A DNA stretch of 50,318 bases from Chromera velia (taxonomy: Eukaryota), in NCBI GenBank assembly GCA_018398765.1, contig JAHBMJ010000318.1, forward strand, positions 1 through 50,318, written 5' to 3'. The notes below the pieces were generated by a model. The model made no database searches. It saw nothing but the letters and a program-made list of their open reading frames with translations, and was not told the DNA's origin. The position numbers were made by a program, and so were the translations under genes. Below, one piece after another: positions 1 to 22,646 of the stretch (its first letter is position 1; each line of letters begins with the position of its first letter).

Positions 1-274
1 TCATCCCCCCCCCCTCCTCTCTCTGTCGTCCTCCCTCTCTCTCGCGTTCTGTCTCCCTCCTTCTCTCTCTCCCACTCTACTCCCTCCTTCTCACCCTCCC
101 CTTTGCCCATCTTTCCTTTTCTCACCTCCCCCCACCCCCCTCTCTCTGCAAATGTGTGCACTTTGCACCATTTCGTCTGCTTCAAGAAGAAGCCGCAGTC
201 CTGACAAGCAGTGAGATAACGTGCAGCCAAAAAACTTTCTTTACCTTCATGCCGTTTGCCGCGTGCGTGTGCAG

Positions 275-9805
<9,531 letters not shown>

Positions 9806-9813
<8 letters not shown>

Positions 9814-9847
9814 CTGACTAACTGACTGAATGACTGATTGACTGAAT

Positions 9848-9882
<35 letters not shown>
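9806..9882. repeat. (TGAC/TGAT)n microsatellite at the MYND stop codon
   Basis: Directly visible. Confidence 0.9.
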
Positions 9883-10071
9883 CCGCTCTGTACATTCACA
9901 AAGCTTTATGATTAATGCTTCATGATTATGCTGCTTAACTATGTTAAATTACTGTATAGATTTTCTAGAAGTTAGATTAGAACTATATAGATTTTTCTAG
10001 GAAGGTTCTAGGGCCAACTATGAAATCAAGTTAGGAATCAACTTAGGATCGACCTATAGTACTTCCTGTAC

Positions 10072-11490
10072 TTAGTCTATCCTTAGGCTATTGTAGCATG
10101 CGATAGTACAATGTACTATCCTATGGCAACTATGCCCGCCCATCAGGTTATATGTCAGCATGCGCAAAAAAGAAAAGATCGAGCCATCCGTAACTGACAG
10201 GGCAGAACGGGGAAGGGCAGAGACGGAAAGAACACCGAAAGACGACTTGCTGTACAGGAAAAAGACAAACATACGGCGAGAAGACGGGAAGTCGTACTGC
10301 AGAAGAGTGAGTCTAGCAAGGAGGGGAAAGTGAGAGGAAGATTGCCCATCATCCTCAGAAGCCTTCATGCATTCTTTTGCAACTGTCTGTCTCATCTTGC
10401 CCTTAAAGAAAAGTGAGCTGGTGCCTCGTGCCCTACGACCATTCTACCCGCATTGGGAAGACAGATCGGGCTCGACCCTCAGCGAGTGGACAGAAATCAA
10501 ATCAGCCCAAAGAAGCAGCCTGTCTATAGACCTTGTGAATTGTTGACAGCAGTTATTCTTCCAGGCATGCAACATAGCTGCAGGAATAGTATGTGTTATG
10601 ATGGAAAGAGAGTGCCACCAGTCAGCCATGTGGGAGCAAAGAAGGGCTTTGCAAGGAAGAAGACCAAGGATGCAAAGAAAGGGCAGGTGGAGGCTGCGAG
10701 CAGACAAATCACCACACCAACGGGCAAACCAAAGTTGCAAAGCATCAAGAGCGAGCAGGTCTGCATCTTACATTCAGTTTGGCAGATATTCAAGGCAGTA
10801 GAGCACTACGGGGGTCCAGTAGGCTCTAAAGACTGTTACCTGCGCGCTAGCCTGCGCGTCAATACTGAGCGGGCCCATGCTCGTAATCAATTCAACAACC
10901 CCTCCCAGAGCCCGCGAAGCAGAAGCAATACGGGACTTAATTGTCTTGTTCAAGCACCTCCCTTCAAAGAAAACACACCCCAGATATTTGTATTTGGATG
11001 TCCATTCAACTTCCTTCCCACCATACACGACTCTACCTGCAGACTGCCGCAGAGCCAAGGCAGACAGACGCAAGATTTTTGTTTTCTTTAAGTTCCCAGT
11101 TATTGACAATCCCCATTCCTTGCAATACCCTTCCAAGGCTGAGAACTTCTTTTGCAGATCCGAGACGGAATGAGCAAAGAAACAGAGATCATCCGCATAC
11201 CCCAGACTGCCTAAGATGCAGTTGTCAAAGAGGATAGGTTCGGGCTGTCTCTTGGGCTCCTTATCACTGCCTACCTCCATTCTACTGTCTGACCATCCTG
11301 CTCCCTCTGCTTCTCTGTCTACGGCCCCCTCGTTCTTATTAACTGAACATACACGGGAAAAGTCATTGATATACATAAGAAAGAGAATGGGAGAGAGAGC
11401 ATCACCTTGCTTTACCCTAGCACCCTCCCGAAAACGCAAAGAGTCCCCGTCTACCTTTCCCCAGACCTCTCTATACATTTCACAGATCAT
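10072..11490 (-). mobile_element. Non-LTR retrotransposon (LINE), 3' part of the RT ORF, decayed; left boundary approximate
   Basis: VKQGDALSPILFLMYIND, LGYADDL, YCKEWGLSI and KYKYLG motifs of non-LTR RT domains 4-7. Confidence 0.9.
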
Positions 11491-12941
11491 ACTTACTAAT
11501 CCATTTACTGTACAGAGGGTTTCTGATTGGGAGGTTGACTTTGATGGTATTACCTCCCCCGACCATGCAACCGTTTCCTTCTCCTTCTCCCCCCTCTCGG
11601 CCGAACCCGAATCCGAAGATGCTCTCCCATCCCACCAAAACCTCTCTGATTGTCCTCCCCTTTTCTGTTTAAACCGCACAACCCCGGACCGGGTCTCTGA
11701 TGAAGAAATCGCACCGCTTGCAGCAGCGGTGAGATCGTTTACTGAGGATCGATGGCCTCGCTTGTGGGCTAGCTTGTGGGCCTATCATGAGCAGATCCAA
11801 CCATTCGAGGAGCCGTCTGCTCCTCCGCCTCCCCCAGTGTCCCTGTATCCCCAACCAGGCCCTGGGCTAACTTTGGAGGGCGATGACGATCGCGCGTGTC
11901 TGCACAGGTTAGTTGAGGAATGGTTGCGTATGCTGGTAGGGCTAGTGGTAGGGCCAATCAAGCAGACAGGGGACAAAGGGCCTGGCCCAGAAGGTAGACG
12001 ATCAAAGAGAGAGGCATGGTTTGATTTGGAATGGAAAGCTTTATAGAAAGAGGTTAAAGAGGCAGACGAGAGATGGAAGCTAGTGAGAGATGGGAATGGA
12101 AGAGGAATAGAGTTCGATAGACTGCAGAGGCTTCTCCAAGTCCGTCGTACTTTGTTTAAAAGAAAGAGAGTTACGTGGGAGAGAGCATAAGCCCAGAAGG
12201 TATAAGAAGAGTTGTTAAAAGACCCGTTTGCTATCTGAAAGAGAAAAAAAAAAGCTGCCTCAACTGGGGGAGCCTCTCGTCCTTCTCCACGTGAGTTCTC
12301 GAATCATTGGGTGGGGGTGTTTGAAGACAAGAATGAAGAGCCTCTCTCTTCCGCCCTCCCACCTGCCCCTCCTCCTTTCCACCCTTCTATTTTGCCCTTC
12401 TCTTTCCATCGAATCTCCTCTGCTCTAAAGAAAATGAATAGAAAGAAAGCCTCTGGCTTTGAAAGAATCTTCTCCGCTCAGCTTGACCTTTGTTTTATGC
12501 ACTCGGCGTTCTCTCATTTTTTACTTTTTGTTTTGTTTCATTGTATGCATATCTTTGCTTGCTGGCCTCCCTCCTAGAATGTGCTGCATATCTGCCCTAT
12601 CCCTAAAGGCCCTGCCTCTCCTTCTCCCAATGAATGGAGGCCTATTCATATTGTCAACCCTTTCACAAAACTTTTTGGTTTGCTGATGGACGGCCGTGTG
12701 CGCTCTCAAGTTGAGTTTGACGTCAGGCAGTTAGGTTTCAGACAAGGGGTAGGAACGAGGAAAGGGGTAGGCGCGCTTGTCTCTACCATTCTTTCCTCTG
12801 AAAAGAAAAAGAAAGCTCTGCTGGCAGGCTTTGTTGATTTCTCTAAAGTTTTCGATACTGTGCCAAGAGATAAGCTAATTCAAAAACTGAGAAGAGAAAG
12901 TATGTGTGAGGCAGATGTGTGCATGATCTGTGAAATGTATA
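11491..12941 (+). mobile_element. Inverted 5' segment of the same LINE (end of APE endonuclease, linker and RT domains 0-3)
   Basis: SPDHATV (APE C-terminus-like), WFD, KKASG, PIPKG..WRPI, QLGFRQG, FVDFSKVFDTVPR. Ends at MICEMY, exactly where the minus-strand part begins. Confidence 0.88.
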
Positions 12942-14546
12942 TGAATGTTGTTATCGATGTTATTAGCAACGTTTTATACTTTTTAAACTATGAGAAACTG
13001 GTTTAAGCGTTTCTATTTAGTGTATTTTTATCTTAATTTATCATTTTTTTTTTTTTAGTCGGAATTAGTCTTGGAGTCAGTCTGGTCCCGTTTTCACATC
13101 TGTACCATTCATACAATTATTTTTCTCCCTTGCTTCCCGCTCTCTAGATGAAGAAGAGATACGACGAGTTCCTAGCTAGCCTAGCAGCCAGCAAACTACA
13201 AGTCACCAAACAGGATGCAAGCGAAGCACTCCAATCAGCTGACATGGAACGCAGGGAGTCTCTGACACTCCCTTTCACAGTCTCCTGACTGTGCCTGCAG
13301 CGTTTTGGAAAGCAACGAACGAGATGGAGAGAGACTGATCATCAAGTTGGTATCGATTTGGCGCATATTTGACTCCTTCATAGAAGGTGTGTTTTCAAGT
13401 TTCAGACCCTCGAGCTGAGTGATCACCATATCATGTTACGAGCTAGTCATGACATTCAAGAGGCTAAACTAGATAGCGGCAGAAAGACTCTGACCTAAAC
13501 TGATTAACTCCAGAAGGTTCAGAAGGTTTCAAGTAAAGATCGTCAAGATACCTTGATCAACCTAATCTGCCTCTCATTCCTTCTAATCTAAAACAGTTGT
13601 TTTTATTTCCGCATTTGATAGAGAATCAAACGTGATATGCAAACAGACTGAATTCATGCAACAGGCTGAACTCAAGCTACAGGACAGCAGCTACAAGCCA
13701 ACATCCATGTCCCAGAGCTAATTCATCTGCAAGGCAGTCACAGCGCGTAAGGACCAAGACCCCGGCACTCAAACACCTGCAAGAAGGGCCCGCGTCGCAT
13801 CGGCACGTGTGGAATGCCTGAGCCCGCGCTGGCGTTGCTATCCAACCCGAGTCGTTCTGGACAATGACAGATGGAGAGAAGAGAGGCAGGGCAAAACTTT
13901 TATTAGATTCTTTTTGCTTCACTCTAGCCTTTACAAAGGCTACTCTTCACCCCAAGAAAAAGAACTTAACTAAGAGAAGACTTAACCCCTCTATGCTTTT
14001 TCTAGTCGGTTTAACTCTTTAATTATTTTTTTACGCTAAATTCCTGGTAGGCAATAGGGGCTGCATCAAAAATTAGCTAAAAAGCTAGATAAAAACAAAA
14101 AAAAGGTCGGCATTTAATTAGCTAAAATCTGGAATCTTTAATACAAAACAGTCAACTAACTAAAAAAAAATATATTTATAAAATACATATTGTAAATATA
14201 AATGCACTGCATATTATTATGCGCATTTAACATCGAGCATTTCAATAGTAAGTTAGCTTTAATGTTAAAGCAAACATCTCGCTAGACATTTCGATGTTGA
14301 GCCCGACCGGGTACATGCGCTCGGCATTGGAGCAGGAGGCCAATCCTCCAGACATTAATCCTATCCTATCCTATCCTATATATTATTCCCTATATAAAAA
14401 ATTGCTAATCTATATAAAAAAGAGAATTATATTAATTACATTGAACACATTCCTAGACACATTCAAGAATTCTACGTATACGAGGAATCTCATTAAACTT
14501 TTAATCATGCAAGGATTTGACTCGGATTTCTATGTATATGGGTTGA

Positions 14547-17500
14547 TTAACAAATGATTTTGGTGTCTTCCAACTTTCCTTCAGAGTTGGCGCGTGCAAG
14601 CAACACACCTACAGCTTCTCTGAAAGCCTTCTTCTCTGCCGTCGCGCGGCTGCCTTGCTGCTTCTGCAAGCTCAGAGACACAAGGTTGGGCAAAGACTCG
14701 GGGCGGAGGCAGTCTACGAAGGCGGTCACGCCATCTGCTGTGATGTTGTTTCTCCGAAGCTTAAGATGAGTGAGAGCTGGTGAGAAGTTCAAACAGAAAC
14801 CGAAGCCTAACATCTTCAGCCCTTCATCGTCAACACCACACCCACAAAGGGAGAGGATAGACAATTTTGGCAGTTTTTCTTTCATAAAACACGCAGCCAA
14901 CGACCGCAACCCTACCGCCTGCAGCCTCCCCCCCTCCAACGTGTTCAGATTTGGGAGGCCTTTCTCACTCACCTCGACTGCACGGATGAACTCATCAATA
15001 TTCTCAGACTCGGAATTGTTCGTCAGATGGACCTTTCTTACTGTTTGGGGAAATTTTCCCTTCCTCACTATTTCAGCTAATGCCGACACACCCTCACTGG
15101 CCAGACTGCCCATTTGAAGCTCGACCAAACTCGGAAGCTTTTCTAATTCTAGAGCATTCGCTACCGACGCGCCCCCCTCCCCTCCCTTTGCGCCAAGCTT
15201 GAGGGTTTCCAAAAAGGGCAGCCCCTGATCACACTCAGTGATGGCCCCCATCAAATTCTCAACCCCCTCCCCGCCGACATTCTTGTTTCTTGACAGATCC
15301 AGACCTGCCAGGAACACAAAACTCTTCTGTCTGACGTGCTCTCCGAGCACCGAGAGAGTCTCGTCAGTCAGACCGCAGTCCGACAGTTCAAGCCTGTTGT
15401 CAGACTGCAACTTCCTCTGTCGGAAGCATTCAACCAGTCCCTCCATTCCCTCCCTCCCAATTCTTCCTCCCTTCACACACCGAGAAAAGGAAATACCATC
15501 CAACCCCTTGTCGCTTTCTAAAATGGCGTGCATCAGCTGATCGACACAAATTCGATCTTCATCGCGCACCCACTCCTCCAACTTCCATGGAAGCCAACAA
15601 GGGGCAAACGAGGGGGCACAAACCTCAAATCCCCCTCGTCTGATCAGATCTCCCAGTGCCTCCACCCCTCTCTCATCAATTTCCCAATCACCGATGCAAC
15701 TTGCTGAGCCGGACAGAGAGGACAGCTTTCTCGATGCAAACGCACGCATCAACAACCCCCCCCCTTCTTCCGTCATCGCTTGATTATTCCTCAGACGGAA
15801 GCTGACGAGACTGCGCAATCCACCCTCACTCTCTGCAATCGCTCTAACAAAATCATCCCACGCCTCGGAAGACACTTCACGATTCTCACTCATGTCCACA
15901 TGCACCAACCCTCCCCCAGCACCTTGCCTCACAGCCTCCGCTAGCCCCCTGACGGCTTCATCCGTCAATTCAGAATTTTCCAGGTCAAGAGAGGAAACTT
16001 TCGGCAACTTCCCGGATGTCAGGGCGACCCCCAAAGACCCCACCCCCTCTCCCGCATACGAATGCGCCAAAAGCAGCTTCTCAAGAAAGGGGAGGCCTTG
16101 CTCACTTTCCACCACCGCACTCATCAATGCTTCCATCCCCACTCTCCCAAAATTTCCGCTCCTTTTCAAATCAAGCACTTCCAGCCTCGCCAAACAGCCA
16201 GCACCCACCACCCCTCTTAGCAACACCATCTCTGCGTCTGTGAACTCCATGTCACACAAAGTCAAATGGGACAGCGAGGACAGTTTTGACGCGCTGAGGC
16301 CGGTAAGAAAAGCGTGATTTCCTTCTGGTGAGATCAGGTCGTTCTCGCCCTGCTCTCCATCTATGTGCAACTCTCGGAGAGACTCAAAAAGCCCCAGCCG
16401 CAACCCGTCCCCCAAAAGACGCAGCTTCCCCTCCCTAGGCTTGTGCAAATGCAAATAAAGCCACTCAAACCGACTCTCTTTCCCTCTCCCTACCTCTCCC
16501 ACACTCAGCCCTCTCTCATTCCTCCTTTCCGCTCCCTCTTCCGTTTCCCCCTCCCCTCCATTTACTTCCCGCCCTGCCTCTCCTTCTCCCTCTCCCCCTC
16601 CCGCCGTCTCAATGCTTCTTTGCATCCCCTGCAGGAATGCTGCGGTTTCCGGTTGTCGAAGATGGAGCCGGAGAGACCGCAAGGCGGCAAACTTCCCCTC
16701 CCCCAACCCTCTCGCTTTCTCTGTGCTCATTTTGGCAAGATGCAAACGAACGTGCTCAAGGGGGGCGCACTCAAGATCTGCGAGGGCGTTCAGGAAGGTC
16801 TCTGTTGACTCTTCTGAATCGTATCCCAGCTCTTCCATCAAGTTCAAGTGTTTCAATTTAGGGACTTTCATAACTTTCAAACCCCTACTAAGCCTTTCAA
16901 GCCCCCACCCCCTCATTCTGTCGCGCCCCTCCCATTTATGCCCTTCCAAGTCCACCATTTCAAGGCAGGGAAGGGCTCCTTTTTCGAGAAGCCGTCCCAG
17001 TAAGGAGAATTCCAGCGCTCCCGCGGTGCACTCTCTGAGTACCAGAACGCGAAGATGAGGAACAAAACTATCCAAAAACAAGAATATGAACCCGGTCAGG
17101 TAGTTGTTCGAGAGATCAAGTGTCTCAAGACGGAGCCTTTTGTTGAACGACGCTCTGCACAAAAGGTCGAAAGCGTGTCTTTCCTTCTTGGCTCCTTTGC
17201 CTTCATTCGGCTTTGACTCTCCGCTCACGGGCCGGGTCCCTTCCTCATCTGGAATCACAGTGTCATCCAGATTCAGGGTACGGAGGGACTCTACGTCCGT
17301 CGGAAAGTAAGGCACTGCCTCCCCGAGAACTCGGAGACCCTCCCGTCCTAGAGGGTTGCCTGAGAGATCGAACGAAGAGGCAGACAGACAGAGAGTAATT
17401 TTAAACCTGATTTGAGAAGTAAATGTAAGATCATCGTGCAGAAGAGGCGTAGAAGGCAAGAGTCCTTCCCTTCTTTTTCCTTTCCGCCTGTCTTGTTGTC

Positions 17501-19413
17501 ATCTTTTTGTCCTGCGTCAACTCATGTGGACACGCCAAGATCTGCTTCCTTAATTCCATTTGGTCTTCAATTCTGTCATGCATGTTGGGAGGCGCGCCTG
17601 CCGTCTTCTCTCTCTCTTTTTTCGTTGGGCGTGATTGATCAATCGGAGTATCTCATACACAAAGCTTCGCCGATCGACTGACGAGCTCACCTTTCAAGCA
17701 CAGAGTTTCCAAGCCAGGCAGCTGCAGCAGTGGCGGGAAGACCTCCTTTGCCTCTGAGGGCCCCAGCGTGTTGCCTGCATGCAGTCATGCATTCATGCAT
17801 GGGGGGGATTCATCCAATCCGGAGAACAGTGGCTACTTGTTCTTGCAGTATTCTAGACCCAAAACGAATAGGAAAGGAGCAGGGAAAACCTGGATCGGTG
17901 GGCCGACAGCTAGACAGAAAGAAAGAAAGGAAAGGTCATTCTTTCGATGTACAGACACGCACGCGTGGATGAAAGTATGCAAGCAAGCAAACGTGCGCAC
18001 AGTGGGAGAGGAAAGATTTTTTTTTCCAACACTGCTTCGTCTTCCTTCCCCTTGGAGTCGTTTTGCCCCGGGTGGTGTCTGACTCGTTCTCTGCCTCCTT
18101 TCCCCCCCTTTTTCTCTCTTTCCTCCTCGAACGGACCAGCGAAGTCGATGCTCTTCAGCGAGGGCGTCTCTTGCCCCTCCTCTCTGCGGGACTTGAGGCC
18201 TTCCAGAAATTGGACGAAACCGGGAAGGGCGGCTCCTTTCACGACGCGACTGTCTGCAGATGGCATCAATAGAGAGTGCACACACCATCAGAAAGCCCTT
18301 GCCATACAGAATGTCCCTCGACCTAGGACACTCACCCAGATACAGTCACACATGCATAAAGAATGAGTCGACAGGAAGAAAAGAACCGTAAAGAGAAATC
18401 CTGGCGGGCGTGGGCTCGGCCAGGCGGGCATATCGAATGCACGAGCGCATGAAGAGAAAGAGAAGCAAAACGGAAGGTCTGCGATTCGACTGTCTTACTC
18501 CCCCGCGTTCACTCTCTCTCCAGAAACCCACTTTGCTTCTGCGCCACCGACTGACTTGGCGACTTGCTTGAGAACTGACTAACTGACTGGCGGAGCGCGA
18601 CTGGCTGGCTTGCTGAGTGAGCGATCCTACACACGAGCAAGCGAGCGACTGGCTGACTGAGTCTCACTGCCTGACAAGCAATCAACCCGACTGACCGATT
18701 TTCAGTTCTTCGACAGATACCGGAAGACCTGCCAAGAGCAGGTGGAGGGACTTGTAAGGGATCCCCCGAGTTCCTGAAAAAGGAAGGAAGGAAAGAGAGA
18801 GCTAGAATTAATCCCGTGAAGAACTGTACGTCTCGTTTGCCTAACTGTTCGGCCTTCGCCATAGTACATGAGGTTCATTTTGAGCTAGTTCCTAAACATG
18901 CATGGAAGTATTTTGCTGCGCGGCTTCTTTCCATTCCTCCTCAAAGACAGACACTGGTCGAGCGGAGAGGTCACGGGGAGAAAAAAGGAAAAGAAAGCTG
19001 TTTCAAATGAAAACAGAAAGAAGTCACTCGGGTGCCTAACCTTATGAGAAAAAGAAAGCATAAACAAATCGATTGATGGGCGGACAAAAAAAGGAAGCAG
19101 AGAGAAGTGCCAAGCGCATCCTGCTTTACTTACCTCTTTCCAGAGCGCACCAGAAAAAAAAAAATCGATCGAATCAGTCTGTATAACCAGTCAAGGAAAT
19201 CGTGCATCGATCCGTCAATTTGTCGGTTTTGTCCGTTTGTTCACCTGTCTGCAAATCTCTCCCTCACTCCATTTGTGGATGTCCGTGTTTGTGTCTCGTT
19301 ATCTATCCGCCATATGTCCACCAAACTATTCATGTGCCTTTCTTTCTGTGCATCTAGCTGCATGTCTGACCAGAAAGATCGAGGCGGTGTAACGGATGGA
19401 CAGGGACCCCCAT
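14547..19413 (-). CDS. Multi-exon ribonuclease-inhibitor-like leucine-rich-repeat protein. Exons 19413-19371, 18773-18696, 18253-18137, 17774-17691 and 17359-14547; further 5' exons likely toward ~20.2-21.9 kb
   Basis: Many LxxLxLxxN/CxL repeats (LETLDLSNNYL, LDLENSELTDEA, LELSDCGLTDE, LKLRRNNITADG) in an intact 2.8-kb exon. Phase-1 GT-AG junctions rebuild LRRs (LCLK-G-NPLGREG; SIDFA-G-NTLGPSE). Confidence 0.85.
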
Positions 19414-19574
19414 CTGCAGAGAGGGAGGGGAAGTGCAACCCGCGGGAGGGATCAGGGCGGGGACGTGCAGAGCAGTTGGACAGAGAGCGGATTGGAAGAT
19501 GTCGGCTGAGTTTTCGCATGAGCAACAAGAGCAAAGTGACTCAGGCTCGGGGCACAGAGGGCTCCAAATGAACA

Positions 19575-19761
19575 CAAAAAAGGAAGGAAGGAAGGGAGGA
19601 AGGAAGAAAGGAAGGAAAGAAAGAAAGAAAGAAAGAAAGAAAAGAAAGAAAGAAAGAAAGAAAGAAAAAAAGAAAGAAAGAAAGAAAGGAAAGAAAGGAA
19701 AAAAAAAAAAAAAAAAAGAAAGAGAGAAAGAGAGAAAGAAAGAAAAAAAGAAAGAAAGGAA

Positions 19762-19795
<34 letters not shown>

Positions 19796-19835
19796 AATAA
19801 ATAAATAAAGAAAGAAAGAAAGAAAGAAAGGAAAA
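19575..19835. repeat. (AAAG)n purine microsatellite
   Basis: Directly visible. Confidence 0.95.
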
Positions 19836-22258
19836 TTGACTGACTCAAGAAAAAGAGAATGAAAGAGACATAAGGTTACACGGGATGATGAAGCCAAGCA
19901 TTTCTTCAGTCGCTTTCATTGGTCTCTTCGCCCTCCTTCCGTTTCGACGATGACGTTTCGAAAGAGTTCGAGTCCAACAGCGTTTTTTTTGCTTTCAGAA
20001 AGAAGAAGTCGAATATTTACCCACCCGTGTGATGATGAGGTTGTTCAACCAGACAATCCCAAAGCTTTCCCTTTGCTTTGCAAACTCGGAAACTCTCTGC
20101 AGATAAAAGAGATCAAAACAGAGCACCACAATCGATCCAGTGTCTCAGAAACATGTCAGGAGAATTCAAATCTACAAGTCTTCATTTCTCCCAGCCGCGC
20201 CAGCGGGTAAGTCATGCCGGCAGAGAAGGCAAGAGAAGAGAAGGCACGTACGCGCAAAACCTCTCAAGGTTGAAGACAAACAACCAGAAGAAGAGCCTGA
20301 GGAGGAACCAAAGAAAGGGGGGGGACTTTGGCCATCCACGGAAAGGAAAATTGGGACATTAGTCCACGAATCCCCTCCCTCAAGCCTTGTTTAAAAAACC
20401 TGAAGAAAGACCAAAAGATCGAGAAAACCTGAAGAAAGACCAAAAGATCGACAAACGAAAAGATGACTGGTCACGGACCTGCCAGGTGACATCACATCGT
20501 TGGGCGAAGAGAGAGAGCGCTTCAACACTTCTCTGAAGTCTCTCCTCTTCCCCTCCCGTCTCGTCGCAATCTTGACCTCCCGGAGCCTCTCCTTTCTTCC
20601 CTTTCTTGTTCGAATTCTTTTGCGCCTCCCTCTCCCTCTCTGCACACAGGCAGGCAGTGTAAGAATGCTTTCAAAAAAGGAGAGAAGCAGAACCGTGGAA
20701 ATAAGAACAGGTCAAAGGGAGTCAACATGTCAAAGCAGCGATAAGTCAACTTATTTTGAGAGAGGAGAAGAAAAGCTTTGTACTGTCGAAACACAAATTA
20801 ATAAGGAAGGGAGTCGACAAGAGAATGCTTTCAAACATTCATTTTAACCCTTCTCTCTTCTCTCCTCTCTTTCTTCTTTCTCTTCTCTTTCTCCTTTCTT
20901 CCACTTCTGTCATACTGAAATGAATGTCAAAGAAAGATGATTTCCGGCCGAATTGACAGAAAGACAAATGAGCGGGGAGAGCAGAAAATGCGCGTATCTC
21001 CACTCCATAAATGAGATATTGTCCGTGACTGAATGCCTCAAGAATAAAAAAACTTCACATTCCCCCGCCGTCCGCACCCGGTCGGTATCTATCGATATGC
21101 ATATATGTGTAAGCTCTTCTCCCTGCTTCATGAATCGCCGAGGAACAAAAAATCACCTCTTGCTTTCGCGGCAAGGCGCTCGGATCGCATGGTGAGAAGG
21201 GAAAAACAAGCTCCAGGAAAGACAACCGTGGTTCAGTTTACACAGTAGCTGGAATTCAGATTTTTCTAGGAGGCAGATGCACTTCCGCCTGGCAGTTCGA
21301 GGAAAAGGACTCAAAGGAGACGGGAGACGAGAACGAGATGTCGTAAAAGAGCTAGGGATTGAAAACAGGTGGCAGAGAACGCACACAAAGTATGAAGGAG
21401 GATTCTTTTCTACAGTTTCTGTGAGTGCTTTTTGCTTGTAGAGACTTATTTATACGAATAAAACGTTCAATGAAGAGACTACTGCGAAATACTGCGAATC
21501 AGTCAGATATCAGTCAGATTCAGTCTTGGAAATGCAAATTGAAATGCTGGTTTTTGCGCAGTGGCCGGGTCCGTGGCCTAAAACAGAAGAGAAGGCGGAC
21601 CCGCCGCGGACATGCAGCCCTACCCCGCAGGCCGGGAGTCTGCCACAATACAATACAAATACAATACGAGCTGCATGGCCCGATCCCGGGCAGGCCCCTG
21701 CAGGCATGTCAGAATCGTGTGTCACACAAATAAAAAGTTTGAATTGAATGTCACATTTAAAATTCGCGAGAAACAGCCATTGGAATAATTAAGTGTAAGT
21801 CAAAGCAAGATTTGTTGTAGCAAACGTCTTCTCGTCTTTTCATTCGAGGAGGGGACGGAGGGGCCCGTTCCAGGCGGAACCCCTCTTGGCTCGCGATATG
21901 GCCGTGTTCTCTGTTCCCGGGCAGGGGGCAGGGGGCGCCGGCGGGGAGTGAAGGAAGGAGTGAAATAAAGAAGGAGTAAGAAGGAAATAAAATGAAGTCA
22001 TCGGGTGGGGAGAGGCCAGCGGTTGCAGAGAAAGAAAAGTTTAAAGAAAAGACAGATGAAAGTACGACAGTTGAGTCCGGCGTAGTCAAAGGTGGAGAAA
22101 AGCGGTGAAGACATTGCGCTCGATGGCATAAATAGAAGAAATACTAGGCAAAGACGCGATAGCAAGGCAGGTCGTTGCAAAATCAACCTGACTGGATAGA
22201 CTCTAGGCAAACAGGTCTAGGCACGACTCCCAAGGCCGAGCAGTCTACGGCCGGTATG

Positions 22259-22367
22259 CTGGGACGTGCTATGCATCCCCGAACCGTTGAGAAGTGTAAG
22301 TCAAAACTGGGACGTGCTATGCATCCACGAAATTCCACGAACCCTCAAGAAAAAAAGTCAAAACTGA
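22259..22367. repeat. Short direct repeats in the divergent LRR/Rab intergenic region
   Basis: CTGGGACGTGCTATGCATCC at 22259 and 22307; AAGTCAAAACTG at ~22298 and ~22355. Confidence 0.8.
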
Positions 22368-22646
22368 GTCAATTGGTCTGACATGGTCTGACTGTCAAGT
22401 TTTCTCAGAGGCCGCAGCTTTGCGAAATAGCCCCACTCTTTATTTGGTGAAAAGATGGTGAAAAGTGCAGCCAGTAATGGTGCTAATGCGTGGTGTACAT
22501 ACTCGCTGAAGACTGGTCCCAAAGAGAGTATGCTGCAGGCCATCCGGATGCTTCGACTGCGCTGCCAAGTGGTATAGATCCTTCATTACTGCTTTTGTCT
22601 CTCCTCGCTCAGCCTGCTTGCTTGATTTTCTCCTGTGTTTGATCTC

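Noticed and set aside
13060..13950. Short ORFs between the LINE and the LRR gene
   Set aside because: No motifs; probably decayed repeat, and cannot be classified by eye.
17360..17459. TTG start of the 970-aa ORF
   Set aside because: This part is the pyrimidine-rich intron end; splicing at 17359 restores a proper LRR with the upstream exon.
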